Part shown: positions 17,997 through 27,318 of the stretch, piece after piece
Numbering within the stretch: position 1 is the first letter of the stretch
Layout: each line of letters begins with the position of its first letter
Virus record (IMG/VR): IMGVR_UViG_3300048580_000526
Coordinates: 1-64,000 of that record
Direction: 5' to 3' (one strand)
Length of the DNA: 64,000 nucleotides
Source of the DNA: a virus
Notes under the pieces: generated by a model
Databases searched by the model: none
What the model saw: the letters and a program-made list of their open reading frames with translations, nothing else
What the model was told of the DNA's origin: nothing
Position numbers and translations under genes: made by a program

Positions 17997-18929
17997 ATGA
18001 ATTATCAATTTATATATGAACAATTAATTAATAAAGCTAAAGAAAGAAATTGGACTAAAAAAACATCAAATTGTTATGTTGAAACCCATCATATAAAACC
18101 AAGAATTTTATTTCCAGAATTGATTGATGATAGCTTTAATTTGGTATGTTTAACAGCAAGAGAGCATTTTATTGCTCATCTTTTATTGGCTAAGATATAT
18201 GGTGGGAGTATGATTTATGCTGCCAATGCTATGATGTATAAAAATAGGAAAAAATATAATAACAAACAATATTCTTGGTTAAAGGAAAAATTTTCAGATT
18301 TGATGAGTGATAAATTTTCTGGTATCTCACAAAGTGAAGAACATATAAATAAAAGAGTTAAAAAGACTAAAGGTAAAAAAAGAACAGATAAATCTAAAAA
18401 ATTATATTCAGAAGCAGCCAAAATAAGATGGAATTCTATGTCAGAAGAAGAACGAAAATTGGAAAATCGTTTTACCCCAGAACAAGTTGATGATATTAGA
18501 AAAAAGAAACAAACTACACACCAAGAAAATTTTCAACCAAGAACATTTGAAGAACTGTATGGTGAAGAAAAAGCAGAACAAATGAAACAAAATTTATCAG
18601 AAAAACATAAAACTAATTGGGAAAATAAAACTGAAGAAGAAAAACAACAACACGCAAATAAAACACGGGAAATTTATAATACTTATTCAGAAGAAAAGAA
18701 ACAATTAATTAGTAAAAAGAAATCTGAAGCAGGTATAAAAATACAACAAAAAATATTTGAACAAAAAATAGATTTATATAAACAAATTGCTAAATTAATA
18801 TTGGAAGGATTCAAAAATAAATATATATCAACAAAATTAGAAGTTTCGAAAAGTTTAGTTTGTTGTGTTAGGCATAAAGAACATAAAATATGGAAATATA
18901 TAGAGGATGAACAAAATGGAAACAGTTAA
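17997..18929 (+). CDS. Free-standing HNH homing endonuclease with NUMOD3-like repeats
   Basis: YVETHHIKPR..NLVCLTAREHFIAHLLL; QSEEHINK; terminal HTH-like segment; very AT-rich. Confidence 0.9.
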   Translation: MNYQFIYEQLINKAKERNWTKKTSNCYVETHHIKPRILFPELIDDSFNLVCLTAREHFIAHLLLAKIYGGSMIYAANAMMYKNRKKYNNKQYSWLKEKFSDLMSDKFSGISQSEEHINKRVKKTKGKKRTDKSKKLYSEAAKIRWNSMSEEERKLENRFTPEQVDDIRKKKQTTHQENFQPRTFEELYGEEKAEQMKQNLSEKHKTNWENKTEEEKQQHANKTREIYNTYSEEKKQLISKKKSEAGIKIQQKIFEQKIDLYKQIAKLILEGFKNKYISTKLEVSKSLVCCVRHKEHKIWKYIEDEQNGNS

Positions 18930-19437
18930 ACGAAAAAAATCACCATCAAAATCAAAAGGAAATAGGGGGGAAAGAGAAATTTGTATGTTTCTTTCCGAAA
19001 CATTGGGTGGATCATTTGTTAGAGTCCCAAATAGTGGTGCCTTTATTGGTGGGAAAAATAGTTTTAGAAAAATGTCTTTATCAAATACACAGCAGATATT
19101 ATCAAAGGGTGATATTATCCCGCCAGACAATTTACCAAAATTAGTGATTGAAAGTAAAAATTATAAAGATTTTTCATTTCATCAACTTATTTGTGATGGG
19201 GATTGTAAACAACTTGATGAGTGGATCGAACAAACAGTTTGTGTGTGTGATGATTCTGATGTTTGGTTTACTATTTTTAAAATTAATAATAAATCTACTT
19301 ATATTGTGTTTGATGGTAGATTAGTAGAAAAATTTATTATGCCAACAAATTATGTTAATTATAAAACTTTTATAATAACAGAAATGAAACCATTTGTTAT
19401 TAAAAATAAAGAAAATATTATAACTATTTGTAGTTAA
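18907..19437 (+). CDS. Holliday junction resolvase (Hjc-type PD-(D/E)xK)
   Basis: SKSKGNRGEREI, RVPNSGA, GDI, IESKNY. Confidence 0.85.
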   Translation: MNKMETVKRKKSPSKSKGNRGEREICMFLSETLGGSFVRVPNSGAFIGGKNSFRKMSLSNTQQILSKGDIIPPDNLPKLVIESKNYKDFSFHQLICDGDCKQLDEWIEQTVCVCDDSDVWFTIFKINNKSTYIVFDGRLVEKFIMPTNYVNYKTFIITEMKPFVIKNKENIITICS

Positions 19438-20627
19438 ATTATTCGTTTAATTGATTGAACCCTATTTGGTGGAAGTCTAAATTCACTTTCACCAAATAAA
19501 TATTCATCTTTTTCTTCTAACTTTACCACACAAGCCAAAATCCCAATATCCTTTATATCCCTATCTTTCATTAACTCTAACGTTTCTTCAATATAGGTAA
19601 ACATTGGGTCTGTGCGGATTTCTGAAAGTGCCAAATAGACCTTATATAGCTTGGCTGTTTCTTCTTTGGACTTCAATTCATGGAGTTGTTTCAAACGATA
19701 CCTTGATTGGAACCTTGAATCTTCATTTGGTTCTTCAACGCCAATCCCTACAGTGCCAGCAATATTTTCATATTTCTGGTCAATTTTTTCAGCTTTAAAC
19801 CAACCTAAAATAGTTTTTGCCGACAATTGCCCATGTTGTATCATCCACACTTCCCTCAAAGCACGACATAAATCTTGGGCAATTTTATAATCGTGGGTGA
19901 ATGAAATACCATTCTGTTCCCCATAATTCCCTAAACCCCTCCTACCTTGTGGTTTTTCAGCCTTGAAACCATCTCTGACGATTTCGCTTGCAAACGCAGT
20001 GGCATGATATAATGTTTCCACTTCATCGTGTTCTGGACGATATTTGTGTGGGTCCAATTCAAATTGTTTCACACGTATCACTGCTGAAATTTTTTCTTTA
20101 ATCTCTTTCAAAATTGGGGATGCCTTTTCAATGACCCCCTTGACTATGACAAGACCCTTGCACAATTCCAACGCAGCCAAATATTCAGGATCGTCGTCAT
20201 TATCGTTAAAACCATACCCTTTAGCTCCATCCTTGACGAATTTCAACCCATCAAAAATTTCCCTATAATCGTCGTGGAAAGGTTGTGTATATTCAAATTT
20301 CCCGATGATATATTGGATAAACGATGGACCATGACGAAGATAATCCTCTAAAGATTTTTTGACTTCAATGATGGGAAAAAATCTTTCAAATTGTCTGACA
20401 AAATATTCCACATTACCAACGCTTGGGCTGATTGAATAATCACTTCCAATCCTTATGAATTGACTAACCAAATCACTCCCAACCCTTTCGTTATTTTTGA
20501 CTAATTCTTGTCCAATAGCCAATTGATTTTCCAGTTCTGAAAGTTGTTTGATTCTGGTTTCAAGATAATGTTTTAATTTTCTTGGACGATTGACGATGGT
20601 TTCGTTTAAAAATTCATATGCTCTCAT
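19434..20627 (-). CDS. Putative ADP-ribosyltransferase-fold protein (strand corrected to -)
   Basis: CAT at 20625-20627 and TTA at 19434-19436 place it on the - strand; C-terminal LYHAT..IVRDGF / ISFT / ESE pattern. Confidence 0.55.
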   Translation of the reverse strand: MRAYEFLNETIVNRPRKLKHYLETRIKQLSELENQLAIGQELVKNNERVGSDLVSQFIRIGSDYSISPSVGNVEYFVRQFERFFPIIEVKKSLEDYLRHGPSFIQYIIGKFEYTQPFHDDYREIFDGLKFVKDGAKGYGFNDNDDDPEYLAALELCKGLVIVKGVIEKASPILKEIKEKISAVIRVKQFELDPHKYRPEHDEVETLYHATAFASEIVRDGFKAEKPQGRRGLGNYGEQNGISFTHDYKIAQDLCRALREVWMIQHGQLSAKTILGWFKAEKIDQKYENIAGTVGIGVEEPNEDSRFQSRYRLKQLHELKSKEETAKLYKVYLALSEIRTDPMFTYIEETLELMKDRDIKDIGILACVVKLEEKDEYLFGESEFRLPPNRVQSIKRII

Positions 20628-20631
20628 TTTA

Positions 20632-21729
20632 TCACCAATATATAGCCTGTTGGAATAACCATTTATAACTGCTCAAGTCTTTTTCAATATTGACTGGAAC
20701 ATAAGGGTCTTTCTTTTTTGAACATTTATCAGTAAAACGTTTTTTAGCTGCGAATTCTGTAGATGGGTCATTGGATTGTTTTCCGCCAAAACCACCATAA
20801 AAATCCTTCCACATACCATTTTTATAAGCATATCCAATTAATTTGTCGCTACCACGTTTTCCAGCATAAGGGTCTGTGAAACGAGCAATTTTAAAAGTCC
20901 ATCCTGAAGTTGGGTCATAATATTCCCCATTTTGTGTTTTCCCTGATGATTTATTTTTATATTTTGAATATTCTTTTTCATCGTCATAAGGATTTGATTT
21001 TGGTTCTTCATAATCAAAATCTTCATAATCTTTGTATTTAAATTCTTCAAAATCTGGTTCATCATATGGATTTGATTTTGGTTTATCAACGAATGGGGTT
21101 AAATCTTCATCTCTGAATGGTTTCAAGGCATCACGAAGAACAATTTTAAAACCATAAACATTATCTTGGATAAAATTTTCCACGACACTTTTGACTTTCC
21201 CTACTAAAACAGTATCGCCAATTTTGAAACGAGTCTTCCCTAAAATATCACTTTGGTGTATTGGAAAAGACCTGCTACCATCTTCAGCGTACACTATATA
21301 CCACAATTTGGAATTTAATTTATTTATAATTCCTGTTTTTTCTTTAGTAGTATAGCTAATAAACACTATTCTGTCACCTTTTTTATATTTGTGATCAATT
21401 GTGTCCTTTTGGTTAGACCTGTTATTTTGAGAACTTGATTGTGTTGACCTTGGTGGTTCTTGATAAGATTGTTTTGGTTCTGGTTTTTTGTATGACCTTC
21501 TCGCAACAGCATCTTCAGCTTGTTTGGCTTTCAAATCACCAAATTCTTTTCTGATTCTATCAAGAACTTTTCCATACATATTTTTCGCAGCGTTAACTTC
21601 ACCTTCCACCCCAGCGTTAATCAACCCTTGAATAGAAACAAGTTTGTCTACCAATTGTTCATAAGTGTTGGCTTCGAATAAATTATACCCTTCTAATAGA
21701 AAAGTGGGGTCAATGTGATAATACTTCAT
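20632..21729 (-). CDS. Late hypothetical multidomain protein (SH3/KOW-like repeats, possible WGR-like C-terminus)
   Basis: KYKKGDRIV and RFKIGDTVL repeats, duplicated PKSNPYD, GSDKLIGY..FYGGFG; late box at 21758-21765. Confidence 0.65.
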   Translation of the reverse strand: MKYYHIDPTFLLEGYNLFEANTYEQLVDKLVSIQGLINAGVEGEVNAAKNMYGKVLDRIRKEFGDLKAKQAEDAVARRSYKKPEPKQSYQEPPRSTQSSSQNNRSNQKDTIDHKYKKGDRIVFISYTTKEKTGIINKLNSKLWYIVYAEDGSRSFPIHQSDILGKTRFKIGDTVLVGKVKSVVENFIQDNVYGFKIVLRDALKPFRDEDLTPFVDKPKSNPYDEPDFEEFKYKDYEDFDYEEPKSNPYDDEKEYSKYKNKSSGKTQNGEYYDPTSGWTFKIARFTDPYAGKRGSDKLIGYAYKNGMWKDFYGGFGGKQSNDPSTEFAAKKRFTDKCSKKKDPYVPVNIEKDLSSYKWLFQQAIYW

Positions 21730-21756
21730 AATAGAAACTCCAAAAAACAGTTTCTA

Positions 21757-22182
21757 TTATTTATCTTTATCTTCTTCTTTAGCCCTCTTTAAAAATTCAG
21801 CCCGTTCTTTAGCTTCTTTGACCCGCAATTCTTTTTCTTCTTCTTGTCTCAAAATGGCTTCTTCATCTTCTGTATGTTGTTCTACAGTTCCGAACCAAGA
21901 GTTAAAATCTTCAATAGAATACATTTTCCATTGTAAAAGGACAATAGAATCAGTGAGATAGAAGTCATCTTTTTTGCAATACCACCTACCCCCTTCTTCC
22001 CCCAAATCCTTTGTAAATTTTTGTTTAATTTTGTTAGTATTGTTTAACTGTGTGATGAACGAGTCTTGATGCTTTAGGGTCACCTTTAGGTTGTACCCGG
22101 AAAAAATTGCCTTTGCATCCCAATCTGAATGATATTTATTGACTTTTGTGAATTCAACTTCTTCTGTTGCGGTCTTATCCAT
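21757..22182 (-). CDS. Hypothetical protein
   Basis: ORF with AGGG RBS and upstream TTGACT-17-TATTGT. Confidence 0.7.
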   Translation of the reverse strand: MDKTATEEVEFTKVNKYHSDWDAKAIFSGYNLKVTLKHQDSFITQLNNTNKIKQKFTKDLGEEGGRWYCKKDDFYLTDSIVLLQWKMYSIEDFNSWFGTVEQHTEDEEAILRQEEEKELRVKEAKERAEFLKRAKEEDKDK

Positions 22183-22200
22183 ACTATTCCCTTCCAAACT

Positions 22201-22252
22201 AAAAAACTCCCTTGACTTACAATATCAAGGGGGTTCTAAATAGTCAAGGGAA
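22201..22252 (-). terminator. Terminator-like inverted repeat after gp46, overlapping an early promoter
   Basis: TCCCTTGACT...AGTCAAGGGA followed by GTTTTTT on the - strand. Confidence 0.6.
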
Positions 22253-22256
22253 ATTT

Positions 22257-24425
22257 TTATTCCTGCATAAAAGAAGTAAACGAATTTTCCTTTATAACCT
22301 TTAACACATTACTTGAACGATTCAACAATTCTTCTCGATGGGAAATCAAGAATACGCTTTTGGCACGATCCCTTGAGAACGTTTTCAAAATATCATAAGC
22401 TGTTTCCACCCCGATAGTATCAAGCCCACTATCAAGGATTTCGTCAATAAAAAATAGATTAATATTGGTGTTCATACTTTCCCAAATATCCCTAAACGCC
22501 CAACTCAACCCAAGAATCAAACGATTATGCTCACCACGGGAAAGATTTCCGGCATCATAATCATGCCCAAGGTAGGTAATTTCCACATTCAAATCGTTCA
22601 TAAATTTGACTTCGTGTGGCAACCCTAACTTGGCAATATAATGGTTCAACCGATGATTTAGGAATGCAAGATTTTGGTCGATAATTTTTTTACGAATGAA
22701 CGAGTTCTTGTCTGTCAATAGCTTCAACAATATCGCTTGATGGTCCCTCAACATATACAGGGATTCGAGTCTATCACGATTCACCACCTGAAGTCCATCA
22801 TCTCTTGTCTGGTTGATTTGTTCAATGAATGGATTAATCAACCCAACTTCCCTATCTCGTTCTGAGATCAACTTCTCCAACTTCAACCGATGTTCATATG
22901 CTTCATCAACTGTGTCATAATAGGTTTTACAATTCCCAAATACAATGGCTTTCAATTTTTCAATTTCACCTTCAATCATCCCAACATCGATTTCATTAAC
23001 TTGTTCCAAATATGGGTTAACATCTTTTTCTTCACGTTCCAAATCTTTTTCCAATTGTTCAATTGTGGAACGATGGTTATAAGCATCGTTGATTTTATTG
23101 TAATAGGTTTTTGTATCCCCCAAATCCCCCAAAGCTTTGTTTTTTTCTTCAATGGATTTTTCTAAAATTTCAACTTCATCTTGTTCTTTTTTCAAATCAG
23201 TGGTATGTTTTAAAATATTCCCATTCAATTCTTCAATCAATTCATCCAAAGAACTATCATGAATTTCTTGTCCACAAGTGGGGCAATTATGTTCAACAGC
23301 TTTGGCGAGATTATCTTGTTCTTTCTTTAGTAACGTTTCCAATCTTGTGATATTCTTGTCTTTCTGTTTAAAAGACGTTTCCAAGTGTGAAATTTCAGTT
23401 ACTAACGTTGCTTTTTTGGTTTTGTTTTCATGGGCTGCTAATTCATTTTCAATATTGATATGGGAAAGCTCATCGATGGCTTTTTTATATTCCAAGACCC
23501 TTACAACCTTATCATCATCCCATTTATCCAATTTGGTTTTCAACGCTTTAAACGAAGTCAACTCTTTTTCCAACCCAACGACCAACTTATCATTTTCTAA
23601 TTTTTTAGCTTTATTATCGTGTGCTACCAATTCAGCATCAATATCAACGTGAGACAATTTATCAATTGATAAATTCAAACGCTTGACGTTACTACTATTA
23701 TCAGCATCCCAAACCTTCTTTCTATTTTCCAAGTCAGAGATGATTTTTTCAACTTTTTCGTTGGCTTTAGTGATAGCTTCAATTTTAATTTCTTCTTCTT
23801 TGATATAATCTTTGGTCCCGTCAATACCAAGTGCTTTGTCACCATTCAATAGGGCTTTTAATTTATCTGCTTTTAACGATAGCATTGTAATACCAAGAAG
23901 TTCTTCGATTATTTCTCTTTGATCTTTGGCTGCTAAATTGAGGAATGGTGTTGTATAGGTATTCAGTGCTATAATATGTTTGAATAATGAAGGGGAAAGA
24001 CCTAACACTTTGACGATTTCTGCATTAGTCCACTTTGAGTCACCATGGGATTCATCATTATCTGGTACCAATTGTTCTCTATCACCTACATACCAACGGG
24101 TAAAAGTTGGTTTGCGTCCACGTTCAATACGATAATTTATACCATCTTTTTCAAAATCCAAAATAACTTCCATTTCTTTTGAATTACTTTTGTTGACGAG
24201 ATTATCTTTTTTGATTGGTGTAATTGGCCAAGAAAATAGGGCAAATGATATGGCGTTCACAATCGTGGATTTTCCAGTCCCATTACGGGCAGCATTTGGA
24301 TCACCAATTGCGTCTAAATTTTCACCCATAATGAGGGTTAACCCTGTTGCGTCTAAATCAATTACCTGTGGAACATTACCGACTGAAAGAAAATTTTTAA
24401 TAGTAATTCTTTTTAATTTTAGCAT
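22257..24425 (-). CDS. Recombination exonuclease ATPase subunit (T4 gp46/Rad50/SbcC)
   Basis: KNFLSVGN, NGTGKS Walker A, CPTC zinc hook, LSRGE signature, FIDEILDSGLD, ISH. Confidence 0.95.
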   Translation of the reverse strand: MLKLKRITIKNFLSVGNVPQVIDLDATGLTLIMGENLDAIGDPNAARNGTGKSTIVNAISFALFSWPITPIKKDNLVNKSNSKEMEVILDFEKDGINYRIERGRKPTFTRWYVGDREQLVPDNDESHGDSKWTNAEIVKVLGLSPSLFKHIIALNTYTTPFLNLAAKDQREIIEELLGITMLSLKADKLKALLNGDKALGIDGTKDYIKEEEIKIEAITKANEKVEKIISDLENRKKVWDADNSSNVKRLNLSIDKLSHVDIDAELVAHDNKAKKLENDKLVVGLEKELTSFKALKTKLDKWDDDKVVRVLEYKKAIDELSHINIENELAAHENKTKKATLVTEISHLETSFKQKDKNITRLETLLKKEQDNLAKAVEHNCPTCGQEIHDSSLDELIEELNGNILKHTTDLKKEQDEVEILEKSIEEKNKALGDLGDTKTYYNKINDAYNHRSTIEQLEKDLEREEKDVNPYLEQVNEIDVGMIEGEIEKLKAIVFGNCKTYYDTVDEAYEHRLKLEKLISERDREVGLINPFIEQINQTRDDGLQVVNRDRLESLYMLRDHQAILLKLLTDKNSFIRKKIIDQNLAFLNHRLNHYIAKLGLPHEVKFMNDLNVEITYLGHDYDAGNLSRGEHNRLILGLSWAFRDIWESMNTNINLFFIDEILDSGLDTIGVETAYDILKTFSRDRAKSVFLISHREELLNRSSNVLKVIKENSFTSFMQE

Positions 24426-24440
24426 TATCGTTTCCTTATT

Positions 24441-25460
24441 TTAAAGGTTTAAATATATATCGACTAATTTGTCTTTATTGATTAGTTCACTTTCGAAGCT
24501 TTTCAATCCTTCAATAACCAATTGGTCAATGGAACGGAATTCAACTTCACCATCAAATTCTTGTTCTTCGATTGAACGGGAAGATTGGATTAATTCTATC
24601 TTTCTTGCCCCATAATGTTCTGTAAGGGTTTCTTTGATAACTGACGCTTCTTCAAATGAAATTTCAAAATCAATATCCACTTTAGCGAAAGTTCTATCAT
24701 CAATAAATTTTTCTGGTGTTTCCAAAAGCTGGCTCAATTTTAGGGTATGATATTTTGGTGCCATATCCCAATTTTTGAAGAAAGGCTCTTTCCCCCACTC
24801 CAAGAACATCATCCCTCTTTCATCATCCCAAGCGTCGGAAAAATTGTGTGGAAAACAATTACCCATGTAGACGACATTTTCTCTAACTTGACGTTTATGG
24901 AAATGCCCTGAGAAAACATATTCTTGTTTCTTGAAATCTTTAATATCGTTAGCATTACCATTATCTGGCATTTGGATCATTTTGTTCATATAAAAGTGTG
25001 GGAGTTCAAAATGCCCAAACATGTAGCGAGATTTAATATGGGGGATTTTTTTGTGTTCATCATCTACCAACCAAGGGGCAAAAGTAACATCACCAACTGT
25101 AACGAAATCGTTAATAATTTGTAAATTTTTTATATTTCTTGCCCATTCGATTGAATTCAAGTCCCGTTTTTCTCGATAAAATAGATCATGATTTCCCGGT
25201 ATAAACCAAAATTGTTTGAATGCTCCTGATATTAATTCTAACGCTGTTAGGGAATAATTCATTGTCCCGACATGAAGTGTGTTTCTTTGATTATGAAAAT
25301 CACCTGTAAAAATACAAGTATCTGCCCCCCAAGTTTTCCCCTCTTCAATCATCCATTTGACGAAATTTAAACAATCATCATTGTGTTGTTGATTATTTTG
25401 TTTTGCGCCGAAATGAATATCTGTGAATACTATAGCTTTTTTGAATAATTGTTCTGACAT
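24441..25460 (-). CDS. Recombination exonuclease nuclease subunit (T4 gp47/Mre11/SbcD)
   Basis: DIHFG, GDFH, GNHD, FGHFE, SGHFH metallophosphoesterase motifs. Confidence 0.95.
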   Translation of the reverse strand: MSEQLFKKAIVFTDIHFGAKQNNQQHNDDCLNFVKWMIEEGKTWGADTCIFTGDFHNQRNTLHVGTMNYSLTALELISGAFKQFWFIPGNHDLFYREKRDLNSIEWARNIKNLQIINDFVTVGDVTFAPWLVDDEHKKIPHIKSRYMFGHFELPHFYMNKMIQMPDNGNANDIKDFKKQEYVFSGHFHKRQVRENVVYMGNCFPHNFSDAWDDERGMMFLEWGKEPFFKNWDMAPKYHTLKLSQLLETPEKFIDDRTFAKVDIDFEISFEEASVIKETLTEHYGARKIELIQSSRSIEEQEFDGEVEFRSIDQLVIEGLKSFESELINKDKLVDIYLNL

Positions 25461-25521
25461 TATTGGGTTCCCTCTATTTAAACATATGTTATATTAGAGG
25501 AAACCCAATACTGAAGTCAAA

Positions 25522-26508
25522 TTATTTATTATTGTGATTGTAGTGAGCCAATACTGCTTTTACGAAATCTTCTTTTTTGGCTGATATTTTTCTTGTGTGC
25601 AAGTCATAATGTTGTTCTGAAGCAGTAATCAAATCATCTTCATCTGTTAGTGTAAAGGCTAACTCCCTTGCTTGGGCTTCTGTGCTTTCATGGTCTAATT
25701 GCCTTGTTGATGACGACACCTCTCCAGCTTGTTCCAAAAGATCATCACGTAAATTTTGGTTCTTTTTTTCTGTATTCAATATTCTGGTAAACGATGTTGT
25801 GATAATGGTGGTATAATAGGCGAATGGATTTTCTGAACGATGTTCGTCAAATTGCAAACCCACTGTGGACAATTGTAGAAGGGCTTGTGCTTTCATTTCA
25901 TCGAGGTATGAATAGTTTCGCCAGTTTGACCTTTGCCCATATTTGTCTACTAATTTCATAAACATTAACGCTAATCTATTAGATATTCTTCCTTTTTCCC
26001 CTACGAAACTACCATTTTCCAACCCATTTTCCCAATGACTTCTTCCACCTTCTTTTAAAATTATGTTGGTATATTTTGGGACTGTTGTAATGGTTATTAC
26101 ACCATTTTCATCTTCTTGTTCAATATCTGTATTGGTAATGTCCATACTATCTATAAAATAATGTTTGAATGCTGCGAAATTTGTTTTAACTTTTGTGTCT
26201 TTATTTATTTTGGTTTCTGCTTTCGCTTCCCTTATTGGGCATACAGGGATATGTTCGTTTGTAATTCTTCTTATAACTATATCCAATGCTGAGACAGGTT
26301 CGTTTTTATTTTCCAAGCGTCGTTTTCTTGTAGCCAACGCCTTTTCAATTATTTCACTCGTTATATCATCTGTTGTTTCAACGATGACATCATAATCTTC
26401 ATATTTTTTATCAATAAAATAGCAAAATGTTTTTTTGCTTTCGTTAATTTCTTTTAATATTTCCTTATTAGAAAGATAATTTATTTTTTTAGGTGGTATA
26501 TATGTCAT
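25522..26508 (-). CDS. Late-transcription sigma factor (T4 gp55-like)
   Basis: NYLSNKEIL, NWRNYSYLDEM, FDEHRSENPFAYYT; T4-like 55-47-46 gene order. Confidence 0.85.
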   Translation of the reverse strand: MTYIPPKKINYLSNKEILKEINESKKTFCYFIDKKYEDYDVIVETTDDITSEIIEKALATRKRRLENKNEPVSALDIVIRRITNEHIPVCPIREAKAETKINKDTKVKTNFAAFKHYFIDSMDITNTDIEQEDENGVITITTVPKYTNIILKEGGRSHWENGLENGSFVGEKGRISNRLALMFMKLVDKYGQRSNWRNYSYLDEMKAQALLQLSTVGLQFDEHRSENPFAYYTTIITTSFTRILNTEKKNQNLRDDLLEQAGEVSSSTRQLDHESTEAQARELAFTLTDEDDLITASEQHYDLHTRKISAKKEDFVKAVLAHYNHNNK

Positions 26509-26548
26509 AACTGTATTCTCCAAAAAACATTAAATAGTGTAATAAGTT

Positions 26549-26618
26549 AGTATATTTATAACTACTAATGATTGTCAATATATTTAATTAACTCTATAGT
26601 TAATAGAATGGATAAATA
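26549..26618. promoter_or_regulatory. Divergent promoter region with the palindrome
   Basis: - strand: TTGACA-18-TATACT overlapping TATAAATA(26553-26560); palindrome ATTAACTCTATAGTTAAT 26587-26604; + strand: GATAAATA 26611-26618. Confidence 0.75.
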
Positions 26619-26640
26619 AAAGTAAAGTGAGGAAAAGAAA

Positions 26641-27318
26641 ATGAGATTGAGTGATTTAGAGCCAGAAGTACAAGAACCAATACAAGGTGTTGATGATGTT
26701 GTTGTTGTTTATGGTGGACGTTTTCAACCACCCCATAAAGGACATTATGCTGTTTATAAATACTTGGCTGGATTATTTGGTGCTGATAAAACCTTTATAG
26801 GCACGAGTAACAGTTGTGATTTTGAAAACAAAGGGCAGTTATTTAAAGCTGGTAAAAATAAAGGATTACCAAAACCAGTTAAAAGTCCATTCACATTTGA
26901 TGAAAAGTTTAAAATTTGGACAACGATGTTTCCAGTGCCAAAGGATAAAGTGGTTCAGTGTGTCAACCCTACGTTTACACCAAAAGAAATCCTTGATGGA
27001 TACTCTGGTAACGAAGCATTGGTTATGGCTGTTGGGGAAAAAGATTATGAGGAACGTTATAAGGACAGTGACCATTGGTTATTGTACCCGGATAATAAAA
27101 AATTTGGTGTGGTGAAGGGTGAATTATATCCAATGTCATTTAAAGGGTATTGTATTATAGTCCCAATGCAAGAGGATGGAATAAGCGCCAGTGTTGTTAG
27201 AAAGACACTTGGTAGTAACGCCCCACTTGATAAGAAGCAAGAAGCATTTGTAAAACTTTATGGTAAGTTTGATGAAGAAATTTTTAATTTAATAGTTGGA
27301 AAGGTTGAGGGGATATAA
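26641..27318 (+). CDS. Cytidyltransferase-like (HxGH) nucleotidyltransferase, late
   Basis: YGGRFQPPHKGH, SPFTFDEK, ISASVVR. Confidence 0.85.
   Translation: MRLSDLEPEVQEPIQGVDDVVVVYGGRFQPPHKGHYAVYKYLAGLFGADKTFIGTSNSCDFENKGQLFKAGKNKGLPKPVKSPFTFDEKFKIWTTMFPVPKDKVVQCVNPTFTPKEILDGYSGNEALVMAVGEKDYEERYKDSDHWLLYPDNKKFGVVKGELYPMSFKGYCIIVPMQEDGISASVVRKTLGSNAPLDKKQEAFVKLYGKFDEEIFNLIVGKVEGI

Noticed and set aside
16935-18929. Group I/II intron carrying the HNH gene
   Set aside because: No interrupted host gene (rnhA and the resolvase are intact) and no recognisable P7 or domain V motifs.
19434-20627. ORF track strand label '+'
   Set aside because: The given protein reads from the reverse complement (CAT at 20625-20627, TTA at 19434-19436).
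21744-21754. AAACAGTTTC match to the putative TnpB guide region (58371-58380)
   Set aside because: Only about 10 nt in AT-rich DNA; not significant.
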